The translations under genes and the position numbers were made by a program. 64,000 nucleotides of DNA from a virus. The notes under the pieces were generated by a model. It saw only the letters and a list, made by a program, of their open reading frames with translations. It was not told the origin of the DNA and ran no database searches. This document shows, piece after piece, positions 9,626 to 18,960 of the stretch (the first letter of the stretch is position 1; every line of letters starts with the position of its first letter). Location: positions 6,899 through 70,898 of IMG/VR virus record IMGVR_UViG_3300044979_000007, one strand, 5' to 3'.

Positions 9626-9896
9626 ATGCACGAAATCCGAGTGGTTTCCCGAGAACGATCCGCCAACATATAATCCCGGTGCGAGGGCTTTTCAGCGGGC
9701 AATCATTCAATCCGAGAATGGCCGTATTATTCCCGGATTTGCATTTGGCGAGACAGATGAGGAATGCGCGGCTAACTCATGGATGTTGTCGGCCAGCAAA
9801 GACCTATTCAAAGCAGTTCAGGCTTTCTTACTCAACGATCCGTCCGCTCCTGAAAAGGCAAACTATGCCTTACGGAAAGCGATGGACGATCTTTAA
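9606..9896 (+). CDS. hypothetical phage protein
   Basis: ECAANSWMLSASKDLFKA resembles the common phage ANAxLIAAAPDL motif. Confidence 0.6.
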   Translation: MVRKENKCTKSEWFPENDPPTYNPGARAFQRAIIQSENGRIIPGFAFGETDEECAANSWMLSASKDLFKAVQAFLLNDPSAPEKANYALRKAMDDL

Positions 9897-9908
9897 AACT
9901 CGTAACAA

Positions 9909-10052
9909 ATGAAAATAAGGCTTAGAAAAATCGGTGTCGATAATTGGGTAGGAACTATTGGCGTGTATGTACTTTTTTCGTGGGCCAATTGGATGTTCTG
10001 GTGCTTTTTGTATGACGGCGCTAAACTTATTTGGCACTGGATATTTTCATAA
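9909..10052 (+). CDS. small membrane peptide (47 aa)
   Basis: Manual: MKIRLRKIGVDNWVGTIGVYVLFSWANWMFWCFLYDGAKLIWHWIFS. Confidence 0.45.
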   Translation: MKIRLRKIGVDNWVGTIGVYVLFSWANWMFWCFLYDGAKLIWHWIFS

Positions 10053-10082
10053 AAAATCCCCCCGTAGAAACAGGAGGACATT
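10051..10082 (-). terminator. intrinsic terminator between convergent genes
   Basis: AAAAAA-TCCCCCCG TAGAAA CAGGAGGA imperfect stem; gives a U-tract on the minus strand. Confidence 0.5.
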
Positions 10083-10109
10083 TACTAATCAATAAGAATC
10101 AAAAAAATG

Positions 10110-10409
10110 TTACGTACGAAGCGCGTTAAGAGCGGCAACGGTGGAATCGCAAATGTACCGTTTAGACTTAGCCGGGATTTGGAGACCCATCGGGAATACT
10201 TCCACTAAGGAATTGGCGTAAACGGTGCCCCATTTCGTTTGAAAAATTTGGTAAGGTATCGTTGACACCCTGGTTGATTGCACGGGGAGAGATTGATAAT
10301 CAGGGCCAGAGTAACCATTCCCGTAGAGGAAGACGCCCCCGTTGACGTTGTCCACATACGCCACATCTCCATAAAGTGTGCATGCGAACGCATTTTGACC
10401 TGTAGCCAT
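10110..10409 (-). CDS. hypothetical beta-rich protein, solitary minus-strand gene
   Basis: 99-aa ORF, AT-rich leader, downstream terminator. Confidence 0.65.
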   Translation of the reverse strand: MATGQNAFACTLYGDVAYVDNVNGGVFLYGNGYSGPDYQSLPVQSTRVSTIPYQIFQTKWGTVYANSLVEVFPMGLQIPAKSKRYICDSTVAALNALRT

Positions 10410-10518
10410 AAAAATTAAGTTTTAAAGTATAGCAAAATATATTTCGACCTATTAAAAATAAATGAGTTTTGTCGGTTTGGCCCAAAACGGTACCTTTAAG
10501 GTGGCAACTATCTTAACG

Positions 10519-10650
10519 ATGGTAAAATTTACTGTAAGATTTAAGGAGGCTATGTACGAAAAGATAAAGTCGTACTCCAAGCACGAAGGCATCACCTTTA
10601 TGGCCGCACTTCGGCAAATCATTAATCAATTTTTCAAGGAAAGGAAATGA
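10519..10650 (+). CDS. Arc/ribbon-helix-helix regulator
   Basis: MVKFTVRFKEAMYEKIKSYSKHEGITFMAALRQII, beta-strand plus two helices. Confidence 0.65.
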   Translation: MVKFTVRFKEAMYEKIKSYSKHEGITFMAALRQIINQFFKERK

Positions 10651-12137
10651 AAGAACTGCCAAAAGTAACCCTTATAGTTTGCGATACCGTATCTCCTGGC
10701 CGTGCTTTAGCTTCATTGAGACGTAGTTTAACCCAGATCAAGCCTGCCAAAACAATTCTCTTTACCAGTGTAGGATTGGCTGTAAAAGACGATATAGAGG
10801 TGGTTAGAATAGCCAATTTGAAATCTAAGGCCGATTATAGCCGGTGGATCATGCGGGAGCTTTACAAGTACGTTGAGACAGACTTTGTGCTTGTGTCTCA
10901 ATGGGACGGCTATGTTTTAGATTCTGAATGCTGGACAGACGAATTTCTATCGGTAGACTATTTGGGCGCAAGTTGGCTAGAAACAGATGGATTTTCGGTT
11001 GGGAACGGCGGATTTTCAATCCGGTCCCGTAGGCTCATGGAGGCTGTCGCCACCGATCCCATGATTGTATCCACGCACCCGGAAGATAATCAAATTTGCA
11101 AGATATATCGCCCTTATCTTGAAGCCAAGCACGGATTCAAGTGGGCATCTCATGAATTAGCCGATAAGTTTTCGTTTGAATTGCGAGAACCAACGCAACC
11201 GACATTCGGGTTTCACTCGTTTTTCCACACCCCATTCAAAAAAACGGTAATTATAAATCGAAAGGCATCTCTCGGGGATGTGGTAATGACCGAACCAGTT
11301 CTCAGGTACTTTCACGAAAAAGGCTACCGGGTTGTACTGAAAACGTTGCCCCAGTTCTACAATCTTTTCTATAGCCACGAATTTAAGGTTCATCATCCAG
11401 ACGAAGTTGATCCGAAAATACTCGCTAACGCAACAGAAATAGACTTGGACATGAGTTATGAGAGTACGCCAGAGCAACTTCACTTATTGAGTTACTACCA
11501 AATGGCGGGAATTGAAGATGGAGAAATAAGAAACCCACAATTATTCACTGGATATGACTACAGGAATCATGACTTCAAGTTGTTTCGGAAATATTGTGTC
11601 CTTCATATCGACGAAAGACCGCAAGAAGGCAGGAATATTTACGGGGTTGATTGGGACGAAACGATTTCTTACCTTTCTGCAAAAGGATATACTGTTGTTC
11701 AGATAGGCCAAGGGAAACATATTGTTCCGAAAGGGGCCGTAGAAATGCGAAACATGAATGAGCCAATGTTAATGCGGTTAATCGGGGGTGCTGATCTGAT
11801 GATAGCAATTGATTCCGGGCCATCAAATATCGCATTAGCTATGGGCACGCCGCTCATTGTATTTTTTGGGAACGTCCACCCAGATTATATTATTCCCAAT
11901 AGGGAGAATGTAACAGTTATCCAAAACCACAATCCAGAAAAGCCTATCTGCCGATTACCTCACTGTTGGTCAAGCACTATTTCGACTGAAGGAGTTGAGT
12001 GCATTGAAACAATGGGGCAGATAAAACGCGTGGTAAAGATGTTTCAAGGAGCAGAATGCGTGGAGGATGCGGTTATCCCTCCTTGCGTTCGCTTCACTAC
12101 TCAACAGGTTATTAACGCTATAAATCAAAGATTATGA
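10647..12137 (+). CDS. two-domain glycosyltransferase (GT-A-like DUF5672 domain fused to GT9/heptosyltransferase-like domain)
   Basis: QWDGYVL..W.DEFL..DYLGA.W...VGNGGFSIRS...PED; then SLGDVVMTEPVL and ADLMIAIDSGPSNIALAMGTP. Confidence 0.88.
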   Translation: MKELPKVTLIVCDTVSPGRALASLRRSLTQIKPAKTILFTSVGLAVKDDIEVVRIANLKSKADYSRWIMRELYKYVETDFVLVSQWDGYVLDSECWTDEFLSVDYLGASWLETDGFSVGNGGFSIRSRRLMEAVATDPMIVSTHPEDNQICKIYRPYLEAKHGFKWASHELADKFSFELREPTQPTFGFHSFFHTPFKKTVIINRKASLGDVVMTEPVLRYFHEKGYRVVLKTLPQFYNLFYSHEFKVHHPDEVDPKILANATEIDLDMSYESTPEQLHLLSYYQMAGIEDGEIRNPQLFTGYDYRNHDFKLFRKYCVLHIDERPQEGRNIYGVDWDETISYLSAKGYTVVQIGQGKHIVPKGAVEMRNMNEPMLMRLIGGADLMIAIDSGPSNIALAMGTPLIVFFGNVHPDYIIPNRENVTVIQNHNPEKPICRLPHCWSSTISTEGVECIETMGQIKRVVKMFQGAECVEDAVIPPCVRFTTQQVINAINQRL

Positions 12138-12457
12138 ATTGGGGCAACCCATTCAAAAAGAAAAAGGCTCACCGGATACGTGGTTACAATCCTACGAAGA
12201 AAGAATTGCAAGAGGAATTCGATAGGCTGCTAAAGCATCGGGTTGCCACTCGTTTCAAGGCTGAATTAGGGGAAGGTAAAAGCCCAATGGAATTTATGGA
12301 TTTTAGAGAAAAGAACGGCGACCGGATACGAGATGAAGAAAACGCCAAGTTGATTGCCGAACTGAAAGAAAAAGGATATTCACACGTAACCGAATTAACC
12401 AGACAACCGGGACAAGATGTTCTATTCAAAAAGATCATTGGAGGTAAGCATGAATAG
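12134..12457 (+). CDS. hypothetical charged protein
   Basis: ORF overlapping both neighbours. Confidence 0.6.
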   Translation: MNWGNPFKKKKAHRIRGYNPTKKELQEEFDRLLKHRVATRFKAELGEGKSPMEFMDFREKNGDRIRDEENAKLIAELKEKGYSHVTELTRQPGQDVLFKKIIGGKHE

Positions 12458-13037
12458 TATAACACTTGAAGGATTGGTAGGGAGTGGCGAGTTATGGCTT
12501 GATATAATGCGAATCATTTGCGGCGATACAGGAGGCAAATCAATGCTAGACGCCTGTTGCCATAAAGCACCGTATACTTCTAAATTGGGATTTAGCGAAC
12601 GGACATACGTGGATATTCAGGACCGCCCTTTGGACGATCCGAACGAACAGAAATATTTTATCAAGGCTGACATAGTAGAGTACTTAGTGAAAACAGAACA
12701 TGTTTTTGACGTAGCAATCTGCTCTGACGCCGTGGAGCATTTTAGTTTTTCAGATGGTTATAACCTGATATGGCTAATGTCATTCAAGTCTTATAAGACA
12801 ATTTTCTTTACTCCATTAGGCGCGTGCATGATTCAAAATAAAGAAACAAACGATCCTGATGCGCACCGTACTGGATGGATTCCAGAAATGTTTGAAGGAT
12901 ATCTTTCAATAGTGTTGCCAAACTTTCATCCAACCATAAAGAGCGGCGCATTCTTTTCTGTACTATGCAATCCAATCGAAACAACAAGAATATATAACGA
13001 AATAAAATCTAAGTATGTCGAAAATAGAATTGATTAA
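12450..13037 (+). CDS. class I SAM-dependent methyltransferase-like protein
   Basis: SMLDACC motif I, YVDI, FDVAICSDAVEHF, IFFTPLG. Confidence 0.75.
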   Translation: MNSITLEGLVGSGELWLDIMRIICGDTGGKSMLDACCHKAPYTSKLGFSERTYVDIQDRPLDDPNEQKYFIKADIVEYLVKTEHVFDVAICSDAVEHFSFSDGYNLIWLMSFKSYKTIFFTPLGACMIQNKETNDPDAHRTGWIPEMFEGYLSIVLPNFHPTIKSGAFFSVLCNPIETTRIYNEIKSKYVENRID

Positions 13038-13650
13038 ACAAGCTATTGAGAAAGCTATTCGGAGAGAATCCAAAATAACTCCCTTGGCGCTTGCTATTCC
13101 ATTTCTAGGGTGTTTAAATACGCGCCACTTGCTTAATAATCTTGGTTCAATATCAACCAGATACGCCGAAATCGGCAGTCACCGTGGCGGAAGTCTATGC
13201 TCCGCCGTATTCAAAAACGATAATCTCATATCGGCCACGGCAATAGACAACTTTCTTTCAGATGAAACCAATAATGAGGGTGCAAAGCCGGATTTTCTTG
13301 GAAATGTCGAAATATGCCTACCAAAAGAGGTTAAATTCAATTTAATTCATAAAGATAGCTTTCAGGTTGATTTGTCAGAGGTGCCAACTGGAATAGATTT
13401 GTATCTCATGGATGGCAGTCATGACGAAGAATCCCAATGCCGAGCGTTAACTTACTATTTACCCGTAATGGCTGATGAATTCATATTTCTTGTTGACGAT
13501 AGTGACTGGCCAGACGTAATAGAAGGGACAAAGCGCGGTTTGCGAGAAACTGGAGCAGAAGTCATTTTTGAGCGAAAATTTCAGGGGAATGACCATGATA
13601 ACGACGGGTGGTATAATGGGTATTGGATTTTCCTTTTGAGAAAAAAATAG
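13015..13650 (+). CDS. class I SAM-dependent methyltransferase (Methyltransf_24-like)
   Basis: YAEIGSHRGGS, AIDNF, IDLYLMDGSH, FLVDD. Confidence 0.85.
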   Translation: MSKIELIKQAIEKAIRRESKITPLALAIPFLGCLNTRHLLNNLGSISTRYAEIGSHRGGSLCSAVFKNDNLISATAIDNFLSDETNNEGAKPDFLGNVEICLPKEVKFNLIHKDSFQVDLSEVPTGIDLYLMDGSHDEESQCRALTYYLPVMADEFIFLVDDSDWPDVIEGTKRGLRETGAEVIFERKFQGNDHDNDGWYNGYWIFLLRKK

Positions 13651-13782
13651 TATATTTGTCTTGCGTATTACTTTCGACAAATGAAATTTTTAACACAAAA
13701 TCCCGTAAATAGGTGCATTCCCTTCCTTTGGTTGAGAGTGATACGCCGCCTGTTTGCGGGACTTTGTTTTTTATGGAATTAA
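13651..13782 (+). promoter_or_regulatory. promoter plus structured leader/uORF of the HNH-AP2 gene
   Basis: TATATTTG 13651-13658; stems 13663-13678/13731-13746 and 13695-13713/13749-13767; uORF 13681..13782. Confidence 0.6.
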
Positions 13783-14525
13783 TTATTCACTCAAAAGTGT
13801 ACGGAACCCATACGGTTTATTACGACGCGCAGGATCATAATTTAGTAAGAAGAATTAAATGGTCAATCGCTAAAGGGAAAAATGGTATTTATTATGCTAG
13901 GGGCCGTGTACGTAATAAGGATTTGGAAGAAATTGGGCAAAGATCAGTTAGAATGCACAGATTACTATTAGGCGCAACAGAATTGCAAGAGGTTGACCAC
14001 GTTGACCATAACGGGCTTAACAACCGTAAAAATAATCTTAGAATTGTGACGAATAGTCAAAATTCATCAAACACGAGATTGCATGCTGACAGTAGCACTG
14101 GATTTAAGGGCGTCACTTTAAGGAAGAAAAAGGGGCTTTATTGTCCAAGGATTAGAGTTAATGGGAAATTGATTCATGGCAAGCTGACAAAAAATATCTA
14201 CGATGCGGCATTGCAGTATAACGAAATGGCCGTTAAATATTTTGGCGAATACGCCTATTTGAATGAATTATCGCCAGAACAATTGGAGCAGGCTAAAATA
14301 AAAATAGCCCCGAAAAGAGTACTTTCATCAAACGTAACTGGCTACCGAGGCGTTTGCATGAGTGGTAATAAAAGAAACCCGTATGCGGCTACTATTAGAG
14401 TAAACGGGAAGAATAACTATTTGGGTTGTTATCCAACTGCCGACATAGCTGCAAAAGTCTATAATCAAGCCGTTATTTCATTTAATAAACCAGTCGAATG
14501 GTTAAATATAATTCCAAATGAGTAA
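13773..14525 (+). CDS. HNH homing endonuclease with two AP2 domains
   Basis: RMHRLL..EVDHVDHNGLNNRKNNLR; STGFKGV...AA..YN..A..YFGEYAYLN; second TGYRGV...YLG repeat. Confidence 0.92.
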   Translation: MELIIHSKVYGTHTVYYDAQDHNLVRRIKWSIAKGKNGIYYARGRVRNKDLEEIGQRSVRMHRLLLGATELQEVDHVDHNGLNNRKNNLRIVTNSQNSSNTRLHADSSTGFKGVTLRKKKGLYCPRIRVNGKLIHGKLTKNIYDAALQYNEMAVKYFGEYAYLNELSPEQLEQAKIKIAPKRVLSSNVTGYRGVCMSGNKRNPYAATIRVNGKNNYLGCYPTADIAAKVYNQAVISFNKPVEWLNIIPNE

Positions 14526-15267
14526 AAGGCTAGGCGGCACTCAATTTGTTATCGACGGGCTAAAGTGGGATTACCCGTTTGCTGAATCTATACGGTCATT
14601 GCAGGAATTCTGTGATGAGGTAGTTGTTATCGACGCTGGTAGCATAGACGGGACAGTAGAGGTGCTAAAAACACTGGAAAACGAAAAGACAAAAGTAATT
14701 TACTTAGATCGTGAAGAATGGGATAGCTTGCACGGGTGGGCAAAACTTAACCACTTTTCCAATAAAGCCATTTCTGAACTTACGGCAGAATGGAATTTTT
14801 ACCAGCAAAGCGATGAGGTTGTCCATGAAAAATGCTATAAGTCGATACGGGAAGCTGTAGATTATGGAACAGCCGAAGCCTATCTAGTGAGCCGTATTAA
14901 CCTATGGAATACTCCGTATGAAATGCTGAATGTAAAAGGGAATAGAAATCCTTGCAGTACACAGGTAATCCGCTTGGCAAAATCACAGTACATGACAGGC
15001 GGCGATGCGGAAAGTATTTATGCTCCCGCAAGTAGTGCCTACTTGGATCGGATACGGATTTACCATTTCGGTTTTGTAAGAAATAAAGAGGTCCACGCCG
15101 ATAAGATACGGAACATGCAAGCCAATATTTTCGAAGTAGGCGTAGATAAAAAATTGGATGGAATGACCACGTTTGATCCCAGTAAGTGGTTCGGTCCAGA
15201 AGACCTTTTGCCAGTACCGGAAATTCTTCCTGCCATCATGGACCAATGGTGTTTGGAAAGAATGTAA
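14518..15267 (+). CDS. GT2-family glycosyltransferase
   Basis: CDEVVVIDAGSIDGT, QSDEV (DxD-like), IYHFGFV. Confidence 0.87.
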   Translation: MSKRLGGTQFVIDGLKWDYPFAESIRSLQEFCDEVVVIDAGSIDGTVEVLKTLENEKTKVIYLDREEWDSLHGWAKLNHFSNKAISELTAEWNFYQQSDEVVHEKCYKSIREAVDYGTAEAYLVSRINLWNTPYEMLNVKGNRNPCSTQVIRLAKSQYMTGGDAESIYAPASSAYLDRIRIYHFGFVRNKEVHADKIRNMQANIFEVGVDKKLDGMTTFDPSKWFGPEDLLPVPEILPAIMDQWCLERM

Positions 15268-15288
15268 AATAATCATTAACTTAGCCTT

Positions 15289-15507
15289 ATGGCTAAAATA
15301 AAACGTTCCGTTAAGAAGTTGCCAGAATATCCAGCCGACCACAAGCTGGGTATGGTTGTTCCAGAAGGGGGCAGCATGTGTGGCCGTTGCTCTTTTTGGG
15401 ACGGTAAGGATTGCGAAAACAAATATTATCGAGAATGGAATGGATCAGGAGAAATACCAGTTGCGCCAGAAAGATATTGCTGCGACTTTTTTCAAACTTC
15501 AAAATAA
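15289..15507 (+). CDS. small Cys-rich protein
   Basis: CxxC..C...CC pattern (GGSMCGRC...RYCCDFF). Confidence 0.65.
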   Translation: MAKIKRSVKKLPEYPADHKLGMVVPEGGSMCGRCSFWDGKDCENKYYREWNGSGEIPVAPERYCCDFFQTSK

Positions 15508-15511
15508 ATAT

Positions 15512-15715
15512 ATGGGTAAGAAAATTCGTGTAATCAAAGCTAAGAAGGATGGCCAAAAAGATATTCATTTCAAAGAAGGGGGGCTTCATGCCAGTACCGG
15601 GACATCCGCCGACAAGCCGATTAGCGCAGCCAAACACGCAGAAGCAAAGAGTGGTGAATTAGGGCCGAAGGCAAAGAAGCAGGAGCAGTTTTATGAAAAC
15701 GTACTGAAGAAATAG
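15512..15715 (+). CDS. small basic protein
   Basis: MGKKIRVIKAKK...FKEGGLHAS...; Lys-rich; start ATG 15512. Confidence 0.65.
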   Translation: MGKKIRVIKAKKDGQKDIHFKEGGLHASTGTSADKPISAAKHAEAKSGELGPKAKKQEQFYENVLKK

Positions 15716-15716
15716 T

Positions 15717-16403
15717 ATGAAGCATACTCAAGGTCGCATAGTCGTTAAAGTTCCACTCCTTCACAAGAACGAGCATATGATGGAGAACGGCCAAGTACTT
15801 TCCATAGAGCGGCAGTACAATAATTTGAATAGGCGCGAAACCGAGCCGGTCAATGCATGGGTTATTAGCGCCGAAAATATTCCAGAAGGGGCAGAAGTTC
15901 TCATTGGGCACAACGCTACCCACGACACGTTTAAGATCACAAATCACGACCAATTGAGTGGCGGAATAATTGCCGGGAAGATTGAGTATTTTGCCATACC
16001 AGAAGATCAGGCTTTTTTGTGGCGCATAGGTAAAGCTCAATGGCAACCGATAAAAGGATATGCTACCGGCTTGCGTGTTTTTAAACCCTATGAGGGTGTC
16101 CTAGCTGGAATTGAACCAAAGCAAATAAAAAATGTGCTTTACGTCACATCCGGAGAGTTAACTGGAAAGATATGCCAAACCGTTAGAGCAGCGGATTATG
16201 AATTGGTCTTTAACGATTTTGATCGACGTGAACACCGGATAATCCGATTTCGACACTACGAAGACGGCATTGAATTAAACGGGCGAGAAGATGAACTAAC
16301 TTGTATCCGAAACGACTTAACCAAAGAATTGAAAGCAGGAAGGCTACTCATCGGCCTTACCACTTCTGACGCTAAACCTTTAAAAGAACTTGCTCATGCC
16401 TGA
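15717..16403 (+). CDS. hypothetical protein, possibly extended GroES-like fold
   Basis: N-terminal RIVVKV...AWVIS...IPEGAEVLIGHN pattern; sits upstream of terminase. Confidence 0.5.
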   Translation: MKHTQGRIVVKVPLLHKNEHMMENGQVLSIERQYNNLNRRETEPVNAWVISAENIPEGAEVLIGHNATHDTFKITNHDQLSGGIIAGKIEYFAIPEDQAFLWRIGKAQWQPIKGYATGLRVFKPYEGVLAGIEPKQIKNVLYVTSGELTGKICQTVRAADYELVFNDFDRREHRIIRFRHYEDGIELNGREDELTCIRNDLTKELKAGRLLIGLTTSDAKPLKELAHA

Positions 16404-16776
16404 AGAACCAGACTATAAAAAAATGTATGAGCAGGAACAGAAAAAAACCGCCATGCTTACCAAAAGAGTAGAATCGTATGAGGGTAACGGTCCGGCTAAA
16501 CTATACTATAGTCTGAATAGGAAGCAATGGGAGATGGCCGATTTGTTAAATAGGGAGAATCTTACTGACATGGACATAGACGATCCAAAAAGCAAAACAT
16601 TTGACAGATTAAAAATAATCTTAAAAGAAGGGTCTGAAATGGGAGTGGCGGTCAACTCATTGGGAATGGCGCTCGGGATAACCGGTGATGAGGCCAAAGA
16701 CATAACTAGGCGTAGAACCACAACGCCAGAAAGCATATCCGATGTACTTGGAAATACCGCAGGGAAGCAGGATTGA
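16396..16776 (+). CDS. putative terminase small subunit
   Basis: Helical ~126-aa protein directly upstream of and overlapping TerL (assigned by position only). Confidence 0.45.
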   Translation: MPEEPDYKKMYEQEQKKTAMLTKRVESYEGNGPAKLYYSLNRKQWEMADLLNRENLTDMDIDDPKSKTFDRLKIILKEGSEMGVAVNSLGMALGITGDEAKDITRRRTTTPESISDVLGNTAGKQD

Positions 16777-18805
16777 AATACAAGGGCTAGAATGTTCAAT
16801 TCCGCCAGAGGGGTACGTGTGGAATATCCTTACAAAACAATTGGAGTTTAGGGGGGTTTATAAAAGATCGGACAATCCAGAGGAGCAATATTGGGAAAGA
16901 TTTCCATTGCCTTCGTGGTACAAGCGCGTAGTTAAGGCGGAAGATGATTACGATAAGAGAAAAAAATCAGAAGACCCATTATTTTACGATGAGCGATACG
17001 AAAATTTCAAACAACAAGAATGGGATAGGCGTCTGAATGGTTTTTGGCTGATGATAAAAGGGAGGGCGGTGTTTTTAGTTGGTCCGCACTATCTCTACAT
17101 GCAGTGGTTCTCTATAGATATTGGGTATCCAAAATTTCGCGTTCCAGACCTTGAATATTTTTACTCTCTTCAATATTGTATAGAAGACCCTGAATGTATG
17201 GGAATGATTGAAATTACCAAGCGCCGTTTTGGTAAAACATTCAGGGCTGGTCTGTTCCTTATAGAATACGTTACGCGCACAAAGATGACGAACGCTGGTA
17301 TTCAATCTAAAACGGGCGGCGACGCCAAAAAAGTATTCAGCAAAGCGGTAGTAGCTCCTTTTAAAAAACTCCCGAAGTTTTTCAGACCAGAATACGATAT
17401 GTCTTTGGGGATTACACCTAAGACTGAAATGCGTTTTCAGCAAACGAACATTCGGGGCAAGAAAGCGGAGGAAGGTTTGGACAAAGACGAATTGGGGTCG
17501 ATGATAGATCACCAAAGCGCGGATGTTGTTGCATACGACGGCCAAAAGCTACATCGCTATGTGGCAGACGAAAGTGGCAAAACGACCGAAGTAAATATCT
17601 ATGACCGGCACGACGTTATACGGTATTGCCTACTAGATGATGAAGGACGAATAATCGGGAAAGCTCTTTATACTACTACCGTTGAAAAATTGGATACTGA
17701 AAAAGAAGGAGTACAAGAAGCATTCAAGAACCTTTGGAATGACAGTAACCAATTTGATAGGAAAGAGAACGGAAGAACTGCAAGTGGACTATATCGGTTC
17801 TTTATGACCGCAGATAGGGGAAGGAATTTCGATATTTACGGGGAACCTGACATACAAAAAACAGTTAAGGAGATTTTAGCGGATAGAGCATCCGTATCTC
17901 ATAACCTTCGGGCATTATCAGCCCGTATTCGTAAAGAAGCGAGAACTATTGAGGAGGCATTTAGCACCGACGGCGACAAGTGTATTTTCAATATAATTTA
18001 CGTTGACAAGAGGGTAAGGGAATTAACCGAACATCCAATTACAAAACGGTGCATTATCTTTTATAGGGATTTAGATCAGGTAATAAGATGGAGAGACATT
18101 GATCCCAAAAATAATAGCTTTCACTGGAAGATAACTGCATTCCCGCCGCCGGGTCAGGAAAATAAATTTGTAACGGTAGATAAATTAAAAAAACCAGGGC
18201 GCACAAAAGACGGGGCCATCGCTATAGATGGCTATTCCAATTCTCAGGGGGGCGCAAAATACGGATCAAAGGCATCGGCATGGATCGGCCGAAAGTTCGA
18301 TATATTGGACCCATTGAATACCGGGAAGGCTATTGGTTGGCTTTACGGTCGCCCATCTGTAAAAGATACTCTATACGAGCAGGTGATGATGGCCGCAGAA
18401 TATTATGGGTATGTAGCATGGTTTGAACACAACAGCGATTCGTATTTGGAGTATTTCCGTGATCGCGGGAAGTTACTTTATCTCGGGACTTATCCGCTCA
18501 GTACGATTGACCCAATTAAAAGACAAGAGGCGGACAGGTACAGGGGATTCCCGACAACCCCATTTAGCCTAACTAGGCAAACAGATGTCGGAATTGCCTA
18601 TGTAGAAAATTATTATTATCTGATTGATTTTATCGAATTATTGGAAGATATGAAAGTGTTTGATCCGAACGACCGGACAGAATTTGATATTACGGTGTCC
18701 TTCTTGATGTTGCTGGTTTGTCTTATGGAGCCGGAGTATACGCCGCCGCCTAGAAAATCTCCATTGGTGAAAATATATGATAATGTCAACTACAGGGAGA
18801 ACTGA
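16742..18805 (+). CDS. terL: terminase large subunit
   Basis: Walker A KRRFGKT, Walker B YVADESGK, C-terminal RNase H-like acidic residues (AIDGY, FEHN, FDITVS). Confidence 0.93.
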   Translation: MYLEIPQGSRIEIQGLECSIPPEGYVWNILTKQLEFRGVYKRSDNPEEQYWERFPLPSWYKRVVKAEDDYDKRKKSEDPLFYDERYENFKQQEWDRRLNGFWLMIKGRAVFLVGPHYLYMQWFSIDIGYPKFRVPDLEYFYSLQYCIEDPECMGMIEITKRRFGKTFRAGLFLIEYVTRTKMTNAGIQSKTGGDAKKVFSKAVVAPFKKLPKFFRPEYDMSLGITPKTEMRFQQTNIRGKKAEEGLDKDELGSMIDHQSADVVAYDGQKLHRYVADESGKTTEVNIYDRHDVIRYCLLDDEGRIIGKALYTTTVEKLDTEKEGVQEAFKNLWNDSNQFDRKENGRTASGLYRFFMTADRGRNFDIYGEPDIQKTVKEILADRASVSHNLRALSARIRKEARTIEEAFSTDGDKCIFNIIYVDKRVRELTEHPITKRCIIFYRDLDQVIRWRDIDPKNNSFHWKITAFPPPGQENKFVTVDKLKKPGRTKDGAIAIDGYSNSQGGAKYGSKASAWIGRKFDILDPLNTGKAIGWLYGRPSVKDTLYEQVMMAAEYYGYVAWFEHNSDSYLEYFRDRGKLLYLGTYPLSTIDPIKRQEADRYRGFPTTPFSLTRQTDVGIAYVENYYYLIDFIELLEDMKVFDPNDRTEFDITVSFLMLLVCLMEPEYTPPPRKSPLVKIYDNVNYREN

Positions 18806-18944
18806 TTTTGCGGCTGTTCTTCACATAGTCTGCGTGGCATTTCTTGCAATAGCCATATCGCCCGCGCCTGTTTTCTTCAACAGGCTTGCCGCATTTTGAG
18901 CAAGTCGGTTTCCTGCCTTTGCCTTTTACATTCCGTAATCGCAT
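18786..18944 (-). CDS. leaderless 52-aa CxxC-CxxC zinc-finger protein
   Basis: Manual: MRLRNVKGKGRKPTCSKCGKPVEENRRGRYGYCKKCHADYVKNSRKISSPCS; TATATTTG -7 box at 18948-18955 (minus). Confidence 0.65.
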   Translation of the reverse strand: MRLRNVKGKGRKPTCSKCGKPVEENRRGRYGYCKKCHADYVKNSRKISSPCS

Positions 18945-18960
18945 ACCCAAATATACAAAA

